Origin: Escherichia coli | GTDB lineage: Bacteria; Pseudomonadota; Gammaproteobacteria; Enterobacterales; Enterobacteriaceae | Assembly: GCF_044324785.1 (NCBI RefSeq) | Contig: NZ_CP172127.1 | Length of the DNA: 64,000 nucleotides | Strand: one strand, 5' to 3' | Shown here: positions 10,803 through 23,745 of the stretch, piece by piece | Numbering within the stretch: position 1 is the stretch's first letter | Layout: every line of letters begins with the position of its first letter | Translations under genes and position numbers: made by a program | Notes under the pieces: generated by a model | The model's database searches: none | What the model was told of the DNA's origin: nothing | Seen by the model: only the letters and a program-made list of their open reading frames with translations

Positions 10803-10832
10803 GCCAGATGCGGCGTGAACGCCTTATCTGGC
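10803..10832. repeat. REP (repetitive extragenic palindromic) element
   Basis: gccagatgcggcgtgaacgccttatctggc, near-exact match to the E. coli REP consensus. Confidence 0.8.
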
Positions 10833-10876
10833 CTGCGAAAAATAGCAATACCGTAATCAGGCATAATTTGCAGAGA

Positions 10877-10905
10877 CAAAAAACCCCGCCGGAGCGGGGT
10901 TTTTT
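10877..10905. terminator. Bidirectional rho-independent terminator between yejK and rplY
   Basis: A-run, GC-rich stem ccccgc/gcgggg, then T-run. Confidence 0.8.
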
Positions 10906-10921
10906 ACAACTTATTCAGCAA

Positions 10922-11314
<393 letters not shown>

Positions 11315-11330
11315 TCAATCAAAACTACCA

Positions 11331-13091
11331 TTAACCTCGTAATTCGTGCGCCCGACGAAAACGACCTTCGTAATCGAACACTTTTTCACGCACTTGCCAG
11401 TACTGACCTTTCATGCGGGCGACGACAAAATCCGGGTGTCGCAGTAAGGCTTGCTGGGCGAGGATATCGGCGGCGGTGATCCAGCGCAGAGGGATGCCCG
11501 GTGTGCGCGTATGCGGGCGGATAAAAAGCTGCTCGAAGGCGGTACGCTGGGCGGGCGTTTGCAGACGGAAACGCTCACTCACATCCGCGCCGTCTTCATC
11601 GTAATAGGTGATTTTCAACCATTCGCCTTTCTCGTCGTGCCCATGCTGCAAAGACATGCCGCTACAGCGTAATACCAGCGCGTCTTTCAGTCGTAGCGCC
11701 GCTTTTAACATATCATCCGGATCAACCAGTACGGTGTCACATTCGCGGCAGCGGCGGGCGGCAATATCATTTTCTGCGTTACATTGCGGGCAATTTTTAA
11801 AACGGAAACGGAAGTCACACTGTTCGCGATGACCGTCGTCATCTTCAAACCATCCCTGACAGCGGCGACCAAAGTGTTCAATCAATGTCCCGTCGGCGGT
11901 CGTTTTCCCCCAAAAGGTGTTGGCAAAACCGCAGGCAGGGCAGAAAACCTGTACCGGAACGTTGTCACTTTTGCCTTTCGGTGTACCAACTTCCGGCGCG
12001 TAGAGATCGTGAGGATTACCCGCATAATCAAGAATTAAGCAATCAGTCTTGCCAGGAGCGAGACGCAGACCGCGCCCGACAATTTGTTGGTAAAGACTCA
12101 CCGATTCGGTAGGGCGCAGAATAGCAATAAGATCGACGTGTGGGGCGTCAAATCCGGTGGTCAGTACCGCGACGTTGACCAGATAGCGAAAACGCTGGGC
12201 TTTAAAATCTTCAATTAACACATCGCGCTCAGCGCCGGGTGTGTCGCCAGTAATCAGTGCTGCATCTTCGGCAGGCAGCAGTCCCACTATCTCCTTGGCG
12301 TGTTCAACGGTGGCGGCGAAAATCATCACTCCTTTGCGCGTTGCGGCAAACTCCATGATCTGGCTGATGATGTGCGGGGTAATGCGTTGCTGTTTTTTCA
12401 GCTCGCGGTTGAGATCGGCTTCGCTGAAAAGCCCGTTACTCTGTGCCTGCAAGCGGCTGAAATCGTATTGCACTACCGGCATATCCAGCCGTTCTGGCGG
12501 CGTCAGATAGCCGTGTTTAATCATATAACGCAGCGGCAGCTCATAAATGCAGTCACGGAAAAGGGCTTTCTCATCCCCGCGTAACATGCCGTGATAATGG
12601 AACTGATAAATCCAGCCTTTGCCCAGTCGAAAAGGCGTGGCAGTCAGCCCCAGCAGGCGTAAGTGGGGATTCACTTTGGTCAGGTGAGTGAGGATTTGCT
12701 GATACTGGCTCTCTTCATCGTCACCAATACGGTGACATTCATCGACAATCAACAGCGAAAATTCTCCCTGAAAGGCATCAAGATTACGGGCGACCGACTG
12801 CACGCTGCCAAATACCACTTTACCGTGGCTCTCTTTGCGCTTTAGCCCGGCGGCAAAAATATCGGCTTCCAGCCCCAGCGCCTGATATTTTGCATGGTTT
12901 TGCGCCACCAGTTCTTTAACGTGTGCCAGCACCAGCACGCGACCACGAGCCAGCCGTGCCAGTTCCGCTATCACCAGGCTTTTACCTGCACCGGTGGGCA
13001 GCACGATAACGGCAGGGGTTTTATGACGACGAAAATGGTTGAGCGTGGCATCCACGGCTTCTTGCTGATATGGGCGGAGTGTAAAAATCAT
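11331..13091 (-). CDS. radD: Superfamily 2 ATP-dependent DNA helicase RadD (YejH)
   Basis: 586 aa; Walker A GAGKS, DExH box (DECH), C-terminal Cys-rich zinc-finger-like segment. Confidence 0.9.
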   Translation of the reverse strand: MIFTLRPYQQEAVDATLNHFRRHKTPAVIVLPTGAGKSLVIAELARLARGRVLVLAHVKELVAQNHAKYQALGLEADIFAAGLKRKESHGKVVFGSVQSVARNLDAFQGEFSLLIVDECHRIGDDEESQYQQILTHLTKVNPHLRLLGLTATPFRLGKGWIYQFHYHGMLRGDEKALFRDCIYELPLRYMIKHGYLTPPERLDMPVVQYDFSRLQAQSNGLFSEADLNRELKKQQRITPHIISQIMEFAATRKGVMIFAATVEHAKEIVGLLPAEDAALITGDTPGAERDVLIEDFKAQRFRYLVNVAVLTTGFDAPHVDLIAILRPTESVSLYQQIVGRGLRLAPGKTDCLILDYAGNPHDLYAPEVGTPKGKSDNVPVQVFCPACGFANTFWGKTTADGTLIEHFGRRCQGWFEDDDGHREQCDFRFRFKNCPQCNAENDIAARRCRECDTVLVDPDDMLKAALRLKDALVLRCSGMSLQHGHDEKGEWLKITYYDEDGADVSERFRLQTPAQRTAFEQLFIRPHTRTPGIPLRWITAADILAQQALLRHPDFVVARMKGQYWQVREKVFDYEGRFRRAHELRG

Positions 13092-13240
13092 GGTCTCGCG
13101 TAGGTAGATTATTCTGCTAATAGTATGCCACGGATCTTTTTCCCTTGAGGGATGTTATTAGACCGCTATACTGGGCAGACAACAGTTCAGATTTTCGGGT
13201 CATTACCCGACCTCCGTTTTTTACAGGCAAAATCACACAC

Positions 13241-13936
13241 ATGCGACTTGATAAATTTATCGCACAGCAACTCGGCGTTAGCCGTGCTATTGCCGGGCGT
13301 GAAATCCGCGGCAATCGTGTCACCGTCGATGGCGAAATCGTCCGTAATGCAGCGTTCAAACTGCTCCCTGAACATGATGTCGCTTACGATGGCAACCCGC
13401 TGGCGCAGCAACACGGTCCACGTTACTTCATGCTCAATAAGCCTCAGGGCTATGTTTGCTCCACGGACGACCCGGATCACCCAACGGTGCTCTATTTTCT
13501 GGATGAACCGGTAGCGTGGAAACTGCACGCCGCAGGGCGTCTGGATATCGATACCACCGGTCTGGTGCTGATGACAGATGATGGTCAGTGGTCGCACCGC
13601 ATTACTTCTCCGCGCCATCATTGCGAGAAGACCTATCTGGTGACGCTGGAAACACCCGTAGCTGACGATACGGCAGAGCAATTTGCTAAAGGCGTGCAGC
13701 TGCATAACGAAAAAGATCTCACTAAGCCGGCGGTACTGGAAGTGATTACCCCAACGCAGGTTCGTCTGACCATCAGCGAAGGGCGTTATCATCAGGTGAA
13801 ACGCATGTTCGCCGCCGTGGGTAACCACGTGGTTGAGCTGCATCGTGAACGTATTGGCGGCATTACGCTGGATGCTGATTTAGCCCCCGGTGAATATCGT
13901 CCGTTAACTGAAGAAGAAATTGCCAGCGTCGTCTAA
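13241..13936 (+). CDS. rsuA: 16S rRNA pseudouridine(516) synthase RsuA
   Basis: 231 aa from internal Met (MRLDKF); S4 domain followed by pseudouridine synthase core. Confidence 0.9.
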   Translation: MRLDKFIAQQLGVSRAIAGREIRGNRVTVDGEIVRNAAFKLLPEHDVAYDGNPLAQQHGPRYFMLNKPQGYVCSTDDPDHPTVLYFLDEPVAWKLHAAGRLDIDTTGLVLMTDDGQWSHRITSPRHHCEKTYLVTLETPVADDTAEQFAKGVQLHNEKDLTKPAVLEVITPTQVRLTISEGRYHQVKRMFAAVGNHVVELHRERIGGITLDADLAPGEYRPLTEEEIASVV

Positions 13937-13963
13937 CTTTTTAATGACTTTCAGGAGCCCGTT

Positions 13964-15154
13964 GTGACCACCCGACAGCATTCGTCGTTTGCTATTGTTT
14001 TTATCCTTGGCCTGCTGGCCATGTTGATGCCGCTGTCGATTGATATGTATCTGCCTGCGCTACCGGTAATTTCAGCGCAATTTGGTGTACCGGCGGGCAG
14101 TACGCAGATGACCCTGAGTACTTATATTCTGGGCTTTGCGTTGGGGCAGTTAATCTACGGGCCGATGGCAGACAGTTTCGGGCGTAAGCCGGTGGTTCTT
14201 GGCGGTACGCTGGTGTTTGCCGCCGCCGCGGTGGCGTGTGCGTTGGCAAACACCATCGATCAGCTGATTGTGATGCGTTTCTTCCACGGACTGGCGGCTG
14301 CTGCGGCCAGCGTGGTTATCAACGCTTTGATGCGTGATATCTACCCGAAAGAAGAGTTCTCGCGGATGATGTCGTTTGTCATGCTGGTGACGACCATTGC
14401 ACCGCTGATGGCACCGATAGTTGGCGGTTGGGTGCTGGTGTGGCTGAGCTGGCATTACATCTTCTGGATCCTCGCCGTGGCGGCGATTCTGGCTTCGGCA
14501 ATGATCTTCTTTCTGATCAAAGAAACCTTACCACCGGAGCGTCGCCAGCCTTTTCACATTCGTACCACTATTGGTAACTTTGCGGCGCTGTTCCGTCATA
14601 AGCGTGTCCTGAGTTATATGCTGGCCAGCGGTTTCAGCTTTGCCGGGATGTTCTCGTTCCTGAGCGCCGGACCGTTTGTCTATATTGAAATTAACCACGT
14701 CGCGCCGGAAAACTTTGGTTATTACTTTGCGCTAAACATTGTTTTCCTGTTCGTAATGACCATCTTTAACAGCCGCTTCGTCCGCCGAATTGGCGCGTTA
14801 AATATGTTCCGCTCGGGGTTGTGGATACAGTTTATTATGGCGGCGTGGATGGTCATCAGTGCGCTGCTGGGGCTGGGATTCTGGTCTCTGGTGGTTGGCG
14901 TTGCGGCGTTTGTGGGCTGCGTGTCGATGGTGTCATCCAATGCGATGGCGGTCATTCTTGATGAGTTTCCCCATATGGCGGGAACGGCATCTTCGCTGGC
15001 AGGAACCTTCCGTTTCGGCATAGGGGCAATTGTTGGCGCATTACTTTCTCTTGCGACCTTTAACTCTGCATGGCCGATGATTTGGTCAATTGCATTCTGC
15101 GCAACCAGCTCCATTCTCTTCTGTCTGTACGCCAGTCGGCCGAAAAAACGGTGA
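13964..15154 (+). CDS. bcr: MFS efflux pump Bcr (bicyclomycin/multidrug resistance)
   Basis: 396 aa, 12-TM MFS profile; apparent GTG start. Confidence 0.9.
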   Translation: MTTRQHSSFAIVFILGLLAMLMPLSIDMYLPALPVISAQFGVPAGSTQMTLSTYILGFALGQLIYGPMADSFGRKPVVLGGTLVFAAAAVACALANTIDQLIVMRFFHGLAAAAASVVINALMRDIYPKEEFSRMMSFVMLVTTIAPLMAPIVGGWVLVWLSWHYIFWILAVAAILASAMIFFLIKETLPPERRQPFHIRTTIGNFAALFRHKRVLSYMLASGFSFAGMFSFLSAGPFVYIEINHVAPENFGYYFALNIVFLFVMTIFNSRFVRRIGALNMFRSGLWIQFIMAAWMVISALLGLGFWSLVVGVAAFVGCVSMVSSNAMAVILDEFPHMAGTASSLAGTFRFGIGAIVGALLSLATFNSAWPMIWSIAFCATSSILFCLYASRPKKR

Positions 15155-15168
15155 TCTATTGCACAACG

Positions 15169-15194
15169 AGGAAGCTAAAAGGCTTCCTTTGTTG
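15169..15194 (+). terminator. Rho-independent terminator downstream of bcr
   Basis: Stem ggaagc/gcttcc with short loop, followed by tttgtt. Confidence 0.6.
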
Positions 15195-15256
15195 ATGCAT
15201 GTCAACCACAAATCCATCATTCCCCCGATATATGTTTATTTTATGTAAAATCAATT

Positions 15257-15272
15257 TGTGTAAAAAGTCACA
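15257..15272. promoter_or_regulatory. Candidate CRP-like binding site in the bcr-yejG intergenic region
   Basis: tgtgtaaaaagtcaca, one mismatch to TGTGA-N6-TCACA; about 215 bp upstream of yejG. Confidence 0.3.
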
Positions 15273-15486
15273 TCATTGTAGTTAAAAAGGTTGAGTTAGA
15301 TCGCAGAAACGGGTACATATAGCCCCGCAAACGTGACCACGCCCGCAGATATTATTTAAATCAGAGCCATAGAGGCCACGCTGGCGAGGCATCAATCTTT
15401 ACGATCTGTATAAAGACGGATTGTTGATGATGCGTTAAAATTGATGTAAACAAATTGTGAAGTAAATGTGCTTCCGGGGAAAATAA

Positions 15487-15831
15487 GTGACTTCATTACA
15501 ACTCTCAATCGTCCATCGACTGCCGCAGAACTATCGCTGGTCTGCTGGTTTCGCAGGTTCGAAGGTTGAACCGATTCCGCAAAATGGACCGTGCGGTGAC
15601 AACAGCCTGGTGGCGCTTAAATTGCTTAGCCCGGATGGTGATAATGCATGGTCGGTGATGTACAAACTAAGCCAGGCGTTAAGCGACATCGAAGTTCCAT
15701 GTTCGGTGCTGGAGTGTGAAGGTGAGCCGTGCCTGTTTGTAAATCGCCAGGACGAGTTTGCTGCAACATGCCGATTGAAAAATTTTGGTGTGGCAATTGC
15801 CGAACCCTTTTCAAACTACAATCCTTTTTAA
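15487..15831 (+). CDS. yejG: Conserved protein YejG (function unknown)
   Basis: 114-aa ORF with apparent GTG start; conserved position next to yejF. Confidence 0.8.
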
Positions 15832-15834
15832 GCG

Positions 15835-17424
15835 TCAGCTCAACGCCAGTAGCTGACGCGTATACTCCTGCTGCGGTGCGGCAAACACGCGCGCGCACGG
15901 TCCTTGTTCCACTACTTCCCCTTGTCGCAGTACGATAACCTGATGACATAACGCGCGGACAACGTGCAAATCGTGACTGATAAACAAATAGGCCAATTGA
16001 TGCTTTTGTTGCAATGATTTCAATAGCGTCAATATTTGCGCCTGTACCGTTTTGTCGAGCGATGATGTTGGTTCATCAAGAATGATCAGCGAGGGCTTAA
16101 GAATTAACGCCCTGGCAATCGCAATACGTTGCCGCTGACCACCAGAGAACTCCGCCGGATAACGGTGGCGTGTTTCAGGATCTAATCCCACTTCATGCAT
16201 CACGGCTATCACTTGTTGTTCGCGTTGTGCGGCAGAAAGCGTCGGCTGGTGAACCCGTAAGCCTTCCTCAATAATCTGCAAAACGTTGAGTCGTGGGTTG
16301 AGCGAGGAGTTTGGATCCTGAAATACCACCTGAATGCGATGACGAATAGGTAACAGCTGGCGGCGATTTAAATCTTGCAGTGGCTGACCGTCAAAGATAA
16401 TACTGCCCTGAGAGGTAATCAGTCGCAGCAGCGCCAGTCCCGTCGTGCTTTTTCCGGAACCGGACTCGCCCACTAAACCCAGTGTTTCACCCGCCCGTAG
16501 CGTAAAACTGATGTTTTTCACCACCACATTATGATCCACAATGCGCTTCAAAATCCCTTTGCGAATGGGGAAGGCAACCTGCAGCTGTTCAACATCCAGC
16601 AACGTTGAGGCAGGTTCTGGCAATGGCACCGGGTCGCCTGACGGTTCACTGTTGAGTAGCTTTTGTGTGTAAGGATGAGTGGGTGAGGCAAATAGCGTAG
16701 CAGCGTTATTTTGCTCGACACAGCGACCGTTTTGCATTACCGCCACGCGGTGGGCCAGTTTTCTGACAATGCTGAGGTTATGAGTAATAAACAGCATGCC
16801 CATATTCAGCTCGCCTTGCAGTTCGCGCAACAGCTGTAAAATCTGCGCCTGGACAGAGACGTCCAGCGCGGTGGTTGGTTCATCGGCAATTAATAATTCC
16901 GGTCGCGTTAACAGCGCCATCGCAATCATCACCCGCTGGCGTTCGCCGCCGGAGAGCTGATGCGGATAATCTGTCAGCCGTTTTGCCGCCTGGCGGATAC
17001 CGACGCGATCAAGGCAGTTAAGAATTTCGCCACGAGCAGCTTCCCGACGCATCCCGCGGTGGAGTGAAAGCACTTCATAAAGCTGTTTTTCCAGGGTATG
17101 CAATGGATTTAATGACACCATCGGCTCCTGAAAAATCATGGCGATCTTATTACCGCGTACACCGCGCAACGTTTGATCGCTGGCATGAAGCAGCGATTCG
17201 CCATGAAAACGAATATCGCCGGAGAGATATTCAACCGGCGGGGAAGGGAGCAGGCGTAAAATTGACAGCGCGGTAACGCTCTTACCTGAACCAGACTCAC
17301 CCACCAGCGCCAGCGTTTCGCCAGCCTCAATCTGTAGTGAAACATCATTGACTACTGTGCGTACGGTTTGCTGATGGCGAAAACCCACCGACAAATTTTC
17401 AATCGCTAACAGAGTTTGCGTCAT
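15835..17424 (-). CDS. yejF: ABC transporter ATPase, two tandem nucleotide-binding domains (peptide/microcin C uptake system YejABEF)
   Basis: Two Walker A motifs (GESGSGKS twice) and two ABC signature LSGG motifs; start at internal Met (MTQTLLAI). Confidence 0.9.
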   Translation of the reverse strand: MTQTLLAIENLSVGFRHQQTVRTVVNDVSLQIEAGETLALVGESGSGKSVTALSILRLLPSPPVEYLSGDIRFHGESLLHASDQTLRGVRGNKIAMIFQEPMVSLNPLHTLEKQLYEVLSLHRGMRREAARGEILNCLDRVGIRQAAKRLTDYPHQLSGGERQRVMIAMALLTRPELLIADEPTTALDVSVQAQILQLLRELQGELNMGMLFITHNLSIVRKLAHRVAVMQNGRCVEQNNAATLFASPTHPYTQKLLNSEPSGDPVPLPEPASTLLDVEQLQVAFPIRKGILKRIVDHNVVVKNISFTLRAGETLGLVGESGSGKSTTGLALLRLITSQGSIIFDGQPLQDLNRRQLLPIRHRIQVVFQDPNSSLNPRLNVLQIIEEGLRVHQPTLSAAQREQQVIAVMHEVGLDPETRHRYPAEFSGGQRQRIAIARALILKPSLIILDEPTSSLDKTVQAQILTLLKSLQQKHQLAYLFISHDLHVVRALCHQVIVLRQGEVVEQGPCARVFAAPQQEYTRQLLALS

Positions 17425-17425
17425 G

Positions 17426-18451
17426 CTACACCGCCTTATTAGGATCAAATGCGTCGCGGACGGCTTCACCAATAAAGATCAGCAAAGACAACAATATCGC
17501 CACCGACAAGAAGGCGGTGATCCCAAGCCACGGGGCCTGAAGGTTATTTTTCCCTTGTAACAGCAGTTCGCCGAGTGACGGTGAACCGAGCGGCAGACCG
17601 AAGCCGAGGAAATCGAGTGAGGTCAGGGTGGTTATCGAACTACATAAAATAAACGGTAAAAAGGTGAGGGTAGCGACCATGGCATTTGGCAACATATGAC
17701 GCAGGATGATACTGCGATCGCTGACGCCAAGCGCCTGCGCCGCGCGGATGTAGTCGAAATTACGGGTACGTAAAAACTCCGCCCGCACCACGCCGACCAG
17801 ACTCATCCAGCCAAACAAGACAGTAATTGCCAGCAGCCACCAGAAGTTAGGCTGTACGACGCTGGAAAGTAAAATAATCAAAAACAGCGTCGGCATCCCC
17901 GACCATACTTCAATAAAGCGTTGTCCCCAGAGATCGACTTTACCGCCGTAATAGCCTTGTAGCGCCCCCGCCAGCACGCCCATCACGCTGGAACAGAGAG
18001 TCAGCATCAGGCCAAACAGAACTGAGATCCGCGTGCCATAGAGAATGCGCGCCAGCACATCGCCGCCATTGGCATCCGTTCCCAGCCAGTTTTGCCGGGA
18101 GGGTGGGGAGGGGAAGGGCTTGTCAGTAGAAAAGTTGATACTGGTAGCGCCAAAGCGAATCGGTGCCCACAGTACCCAGCCTTTATCTTCCAACCGCTGT
18201 TTCAGCCACGGGTCCTGATAATCAGCCTGGCTTGCCAGCGGGCCGCCAAAATCGCTTTCGCTGTAGTTTTTCAACAACGGGAAATACCAACTGCCGTCAT
18301 AACGTACCAGCAACGGTTTATCGTTGGCGATCAGTTCAGAACACAAACTCAAACCAAACAAAACGAGGAAAATCCATAACGACCAGTAGCCGCGACGGTT
18401 ATGACGAAAACGCGCCCAACGGGCCTGATTGACGGGGCTGAGTCGCGACAT
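17426..18451 (-). CDS. yejE: ABC transporter permease (Opp/Dpp-like)
   Basis: 341-aa polytopic membrane protein; tight spacing with yejF and yejB. Confidence 0.9.
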   Translation of the reverse strand: MSRLSPVNQARWARFRHNRRGYWSLWIFLVLFGLSLCSELIANDKPLLVRYDGSWYFPLLKNYSESDFGGPLASQADYQDPWLKQRLEDKGWVLWAPIRFGATSINFSTDKPFPSPPSRQNWLGTDANGGDVLARILYGTRISVLFGLMLTLCSSVMGVLAGALQGYYGGKVDLWGQRFIEVWSGMPTLFLIILLSSVVQPNFWWLLAITVLFGWMSLVGVVRAEFLRTRNFDYIRAAQALGVSDRSIILRHMLPNAMVATLTFLPFILCSSITTLTSLDFLGFGLPLGSPSLGELLLQGKNNLQAPWLGITAFLSVAILLSLLIFIGEAVRDAFDPNKAV

Positions 18452-19545
18452 TAACGTCCCTCAAAATCTATACGCGGATCGACCAGCGTATAGCTGATAT
18501 CACTGACAATATTCAGCAGCAGGCCAATCAGGGTGAAAATATACAAGGTACCAAACATTACAGGATAATCGCGCGAGACGGTCGCTTCGTAGCCCAGTAA
18601 GCCAAGACCATTGAGTGAAAACATCACCTCAATCAGCAGCGAGCCGGTAAAAAACATGCTGATAAACGTCGCCGGAAAACCGGCAATCACCAGCAGCATG
18701 GCGTTGCGGAACACATGTTTCCAGAGAATATTTTTTTCACTTACCCCTTTCGCTCGGGCGGTCACCACGTATTGCTTACGCACTTCATCAAGGAATGAGT
18801 TTTTTGTCAGCATGGTCAGCGCCGCAAAGCCGCCAATCACTGTCGCCAGCACCGGCAGCGTGATATGCCACAGATAATCGGTGATTTTCTGATACCACGG
18901 CAGCGAATCAAAGTTAGCGGAAACCAGGCCGCGCAGAGGGAACAGGTCGAAATAGCTGCCGCCCGCGAAGAAGACAATCAGCAGGATGGCAAACAAAAAG
19001 GCCGGAATGGCGTAGCCGATGATGATAAATGCACTACTCCAGACGTCAAAGCGGCTACCATTATAAACAGCTTTGCGAATGCCTAACGGAATCGACACCA
19101 GATAGATAATCAGCGTGCTCCATAATCCGAGGGTGATGGAAACTGGCAGACTATCTTTAATCAGCGTCAGCACCGAGGCGCTGCGAAAAAGGCTGTCGCC
19201 AAAATCAAAGCGGATGTAGTCCCAGAGCATTTTGAAGTAACGTTCGTGGATCGGCTTATCGAAACCGTAGCGATGAGTGATCTCGGCGATCACTTCTGGA
19301 TCTAATCCGCGTCCACCACGGTAATTACTGTCGCTGATATTGCCGACGCCCGTTTGCGCATGGCTGGCGCGAACACCTTCACCGCTTGCGCCGGGTAATA
19401 CTCCGGCATTACCAAACTCAATGGCGGCGATAGCCTGGTCGACCGGACCGCCAGGCGCAATTTGCACTATGAAAAAGTTGATAGTGATAATCGCCCATAA
19501 CGTTGGGATCACCAGCAACAGACGGCGAATCAGATAAGCGCCCAT
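18451..19545 (-). CDS. yejB: ABC transporter permease (Opp/Dpp-like)
   Basis: 364-aa polytopic membrane protein; 1-nt overlap with yejE. Confidence 0.9.
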   Translation of the reverse strand: MGAYLIRRLLLVIPTLWAIITINFFIVQIAPGGPVDQAIAAIEFGNAGVLPGASGEGVRASHAQTGVGNISDSNYRGGRGLDPEVIAEITHRYGFDKPIHERYFKMLWDYIRFDFGDSLFRSASVLTLIKDSLPVSITLGLWSTLIIYLVSIPLGIRKAVYNGSRFDVWSSAFIIIGYAIPAFLFAILLIVFFAGGSYFDLFPLRGLVSANFDSLPWYQKITDYLWHITLPVLATVIGGFAALTMLTKNSFLDEVRKQYVVTARAKGVSEKNILWKHVFRNAMLLVIAGFPATFISMFFTGSLLIEVMFSLNGLGLLGYEATVSRDYPVMFGTLYIFTLIGLLLNIVSDISYTLVDPRIDFEGR

Positions 19546-21366
19546 CTACTCTCCCTGTTGTCTGGCTGACGGCAGTTTGGCCGCTTTATTAACGTCATAC
19601 CACCAGGTATCGATACCCAGGCTGTAAACAGGGCGTACAGCGGGTTGGGAGAATTTATCCCACCAGGCGAGACGGTCTTCCGCCATATACCACATTGGCA
19701 GCATGTAATAATTCCACGTTAATACGCGATCCAGTGCTCGCCCCAACGGCAGTAATTTTTCTTTATTTCCCTGCGCGGCAATAATTTGATTGATCAGCGA
19801 GTCGATAACCGGGCTTTGCACGCCGGGGGCATTATAAGTGGAATTGATATATTCCGATGACCAGGAAATCTGTAAATCGGAACTGGGCCACGGCATCGCC
19901 CGCCATAGGCGCGGCATCATGTCATAGTCGCGACTGCGCATGCGGTTGGTGATTTGCGAGTTATCCACTTTGCGAATGTCCATGTTGATACCCAGCCGTT
20001 GCAGGCTGTGCTGGAACGGCAATACCCACTGACTATTGCTGCTTGCGGGAAGCAATAATTCAAAGCTGAGCGGCTGACCCGTTGTGGCATTAACGCGTTG
20101 CTGACCCTTCAGCACCCAGCCCGCTTCGTTGAGAAGTTTGTCGGCTTTTAACAGGTTGTCACGATCGTAACCATCGCCTTTGGATACCGGCGGCTGGTAG
20201 ATTTGCGTGAAGACTTCTGGCGGTAGATCTTTTTTCATTGGTGCCAGAAGCACCAGCTCCGCGGCGTCGGGGTAATTTCTGGCCGCGTATTCGGTATTCT
20301 GAAAATAACTGTTCGTGCGACTCCAGGCATTGTAAAACAACGCTTTGTTCATCCATTCAAAGTCAAAGGCGAGAGTGATCGCTTCCCGCACCCGGCGATC
20401 GCTGAATACCGGACGTTGGATATTAAACGCCAGCCAGCGCGTATCCTGGGCTGATTCGTTCTTTTGCTCATCTTTGATGATGTATTTCTTATCGAAATTT
20501 TTACCGGTATAGCGCGTGGCCCAGTTTTTGGCGTCGTTTTCCATACGCAAATCAAAGGCACCGGCTTTAAACGCTTCAAAGGCGACATTATCATCGAGGT
20601 AATAATCGTAGCGAATAGTGTCGAAATTCCAGCGTCCACGGTTTACCGGTAAGTTTGCTGCCCAGTAATCTTTCACGCGGGAATAGACAATATTTTGCCC
20701 CATTTTCCAGGACGTAATTCGGTACGGACCACTGGCAAGCGGAGGCGTGGCGAGCGGGTCGCTAAGTTTGTGATTCTTCCAGTACTTTTCTGGAAATACC
20801 GGCAGCGAAAACAGACTCAGCATATCTTCTTTGCCGGGTTTAGCTAACTCAATACGCACGGTTAATGGTGCAATGGCTTTGACGGTGGTGCCTTTGTAGA
20901 CCAGACGAAATTGCGGCACGCCTTCGGTCATAAATTTTTGAAAAGTAAACTCTACATCGCGGGCAGTAATGGGCGAACCATCATGAAAACGGGCGCGCGG
21001 ATTAATAGCGACCTCCACCCAGGAATAATCGTCAGCATAGCGTGCGCTTTCGGCAATCAGCGGGTAATAACTGCCTGGTTCGTCATCGGAAGTTGTAAAT
21101 AGCGTGTCGTACAGCTGCTCGGTGCGTGCGCCCGGGTTGCCGCGCAGTGCATAGCGGTTGAAATTATCGAAGGTGCCGAGGGCTGACAACGTTATCTGCC
21201 CCCCTTTTGGCGCGGCGGGGTTCACATAATCAAAATGGTTGAAATTAAACGCGTACCGGGGTTCGCCCAGCACGGCAAAGGCATAGCTTTCCTTGATAGC
21301 CTGCGCCTGCGCACCAAAGGTGAACAGAGCGATAAACAGCAGCAGTATGCGCACAATCATCTGCAA
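19546..21366 (-). CDS. yejA: Periplasmic substrate-binding protein of the YejABEF transporter
   Basis: 606 aa with N-terminal signal peptide; family-5 solute-binding protein features. Confidence 0.9.
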   Translation of the reverse strand: MQMIVRILLLFIALFTFGAQAQAIKESYAFAVLGEPRYAFNFNHFDYVNPAAPKGGQITLSALGTFDNFNRYALRGNPGARTEQLYDTLFTTSDDEPGSYYPLIAESARYADDYSWVEVAINPRARFHDGSPITARDVEFTFQKFMTEGVPQFRLVYKGTTVKAIAPLTVRIELAKPGKEDMLSLFSLPVFPEKYWKNHKLSDPLATPPLASGPYRITSWKMGQNIVYSRVKDYWAANLPVNRGRWNFDTIRYDYYLDDNVAFEAFKAGAFDLRMENDAKNWATRYTGKNFDKKYIIKDEQKNESAQDTRWLAFNIQRPVFSDRRVREAITLAFDFEWMNKALFYNAWSRTNSYFQNTEYAARNYPDAAELVLLAPMKKDLPPEVFTQIYQPPVSKGDGYDRDNLLKADKLLNEAGWVLKGQQRVNATTGQPLSFELLLPASSNSQWVLPFQHSLQRLGINMDIRKVDNSQITNRMRSRDYDMMPRLWRAMPWPSSDLQISWSSEYINSTYNAPGVQSPVIDSLINQIIAAQGNKEKLLPLGRALDRVLTWNYYMLPMWYMAEDRLAWWDKFSQPAVRPVYSLGIDTWWYDVNKAAKLPSARQQGE

Positions 21367-21441
21367 CGGATTTCCTTTTACTCATCATTAGCCGCAATCC
21401 GGCATGCTTTCACTATGAATAATAAGGGACGTAAGCACACC

Positions 21442-22998
21442 TTACCACTGCGGCGTATACGGTTTCTTCAGCCAGCGGACAAAATCGTCCAGCGGTAACG
21501 GGCGACTAATCCAGTAGCCTTGCATGAAATTAACGCCGCGTTCGCTTAGCCATCGCGCCTGTTCCGGCGTTTCGACCCCTTCAGCAACCGTCAGCATATT
21601 GAGACGTTTCGCCAGCGTCAGCACCGCATCAAGTACGGGTGAAGTGATCGTTTCCGTACCGATGGCGTTGATAAATCCACGGTCAATTTTCAGATAATCG
21701 AGCGTAAAACGCTCAAGGTAGATAAGCGCGCTGTGCCCGGTACCGAAGTCATCAATAGCAATTTCTACGCCGACCGAGTGTAGCCAGGCAAAGAGTTGCG
21801 TGGCTTCTTGCTCTTTCAGCATATCGCGCTCGGTAATTTCCAGCACAATCTGGAAATGGTGTGCGGGCAGGGAAGTGAGCAGTTTCTGGATATCTGCTTT
21901 AAAGCTTTCGCTGTGCAGATGGTCCGGCGCAATGTTAATGCCAAATTTGACGCCTACCGGCAGTACTTTTTCTAATTCTGCGGCATCGCGGGCAATCAAC
22001 TCAAACAGGTGCTGAGTCAGTGGCACAATCATCTTTTGCGATTCGGCAAAGTTAATGAAGGCATCCGGGGGTATTTCTCCCGCTACAGGATGCCGCCAGC
22101 GTAGCAGTACTTCCAGGCCCGTTACCCGCAAAGCTTGTGTATCCACCACCGGTTGATACGCCACGTAAAATTGTTCGCGCTTGATGGCGGTCATGATTTC
22201 TCTGCCGGGGCGCATACGTACGCTCATCAGGTAATAGCAAAGCAGGCCAACGACAGTTCCACTCATGCCGCCCAGTAAAAATGCGTACCACACATCGTTC
22301 CATGTCCAGTCATCCGCATAAAGCCGAACGGTCAGAGGAATGCCCGCAATTTTAGTTTCACGGACCGGCATGTCGGTTAATTCATTAACGTTCATCAAAC
22401 GTGAAGAAAAGGTAGATAGCGCAGTATTGCCAATAATGAGGGCGACGCCATCGTAATCTTCCTGCCGTGAACTATAAAAGAGAGAAGGCGTCAGATTGAG
22501 ATTCAGCGCGGCAAACACGCCGCTATTTTTCAGCAAAGGGTTGCGATACCAGATGACGATTGCGGGTTTGTTCGGCACCATCGGCGTGCCGGGTAAGATC
22601 GCCATATCGACGTTTTTATTAATGTCGAGCGCCGGAATCAATTCATTGAGTGGAATGTCCATCTCACCAGTCGCAGATGAACAGAATGTTTTTTTATCTT
22701 TTACCAGCACAAACGTACGGACATTCATGCTAAACGCCGCGCGGGCAGTCAGTTCGGGGTTAGCCTGCTGGCAGGTATCTAAGGTCAGCGGCTGGAGCCG
22801 GTCAGTAGTGGATTTCAGGTCGGCAAAATAGGTATCGAGATACTTTTGTACGTCGGTAATCAGTGTGTCGTATTTGACTTCGTGCTTATGCCAGGCCACT
22901 AAAAACTGAAGGCAGCTCACCAGTATCGCAATCATCACGCCTGCAACAATGCAGGTAAGCAGGAGCTTACGTCCAGAATTGGGAGCGCGTATGAACAT
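21442..22998 (-). CDS. pdeN: Membrane-anchored EAL-domain c-di-GMP phosphodiesterase (Rtn/PdeN)
   Basis: 518 aa; N-terminal TM and periplasmic sensor region, C-terminal EAL domain (ELLLRW, EITE motifs). Confidence 0.85.
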   Translation of the reverse strand: MFIRAPNSGRKLLLTCIVAGVMIAILVSCLQFLVAWHKHEVKYDTLITDVQKYLDTYFADLKSTTDRLQPLTLDTCQQANPELTARAAFSMNVRTFVLVKDKKTFCSSATGEMDIPLNELIPALDINKNVDMAILPGTPMVPNKPAIVIWYRNPLLKNSGVFAALNLNLTPSLFYSSRQEDYDGVALIIGNTALSTFSSRLMNVNELTDMPVRETKIAGIPLTVRLYADDWTWNDVWYAFLLGGMSGTVVGLLCYYLMSVRMRPGREIMTAIKREQFYVAYQPVVDTQALRVTGLEVLLRWRHPVAGEIPPDAFINFAESQKMIVPLTQHLFELIARDAAELEKVLPVGVKFGINIAPDHLHSESFKADIQKLLTSLPAHHFQIVLEITERDMLKEQEATQLFAWLHSVGVEIAIDDFGTGHSALIYLERFTLDYLKIDRGFINAIGTETITSPVLDAVLTLAKRLNMLTVAEGVETPEQARWLSERGVNFMQGYWISRPLPLDDFVRWLKKPYTPQW

Positions 22999-23178
22999 GA
23001 TTCCGTTAATTTCCTGAAATTACGACAACATTTAAAAGATAACAATGACCGGACTATAGCCTGGATCAAGACGCGGAAACATCATTTTCTCTGATGAATG
23101 AAAACAAAAAAGCACTGCCTAAGCAGTGCTTTCAGTTAACTCGTCAGGATAGCCAAGGGATTGCATCCAAACGGTTTA

Positions 23179-23745
23179 TTAGCTGCGGCTGAGAACCCGG
23201 CGTGCTTCGTTGTAACGCTTCTTCCAGTACGGTTCATTCATGCTGGAAATAATAACACCACTGCTGGTGGAAGCATGGACAAACTGATTGTTGCCGATAT
23301 AAATACCGACATGGCGTCCCGTTGAACCGGCACGGAACAGAACTAAATCACCCGTACGCAAATTACTGCGGGAAACAGATTTACCCATTTCCTGCTGTTC
23401 GTAAGTCGAACGCGGAAGTTCTAAGCCAAATTGCTCACGGAATGTACGCTGTACGAAACCAGAACAATCGATACCTTTTTTAGTGCTGCCGCCCAGACGA
23501 TAGCGTACGCCTTTCCAGTCAGCATACTGATCCATAATTCGCGATTTTACGTCGACATTACGAACCAGGTTTTCAAATTCATCCTGAGAAGCTTGCAGTG
23601 ATGATGTTTCACTACCCACTGCACGTGTCTCAGGATGCATATTCTTTGCGGTGTTATTTGCACTACATGCAGAAAGCAGAACCGCTACTGCAATCGCGGG
23701 AATCCCGCGCAAGATATATCTCAAAATCGGTTGAGATTTGACCAT
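23179..23745 (-). CDS. mepS: NlpC/P60 peptidoglycan DD-endopeptidase lipoprotein MepS (Spr)
   Basis: 188 aa, lipobox (LSAC), catalytic Cys in the DCSGF motif. Confidence 0.9.
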
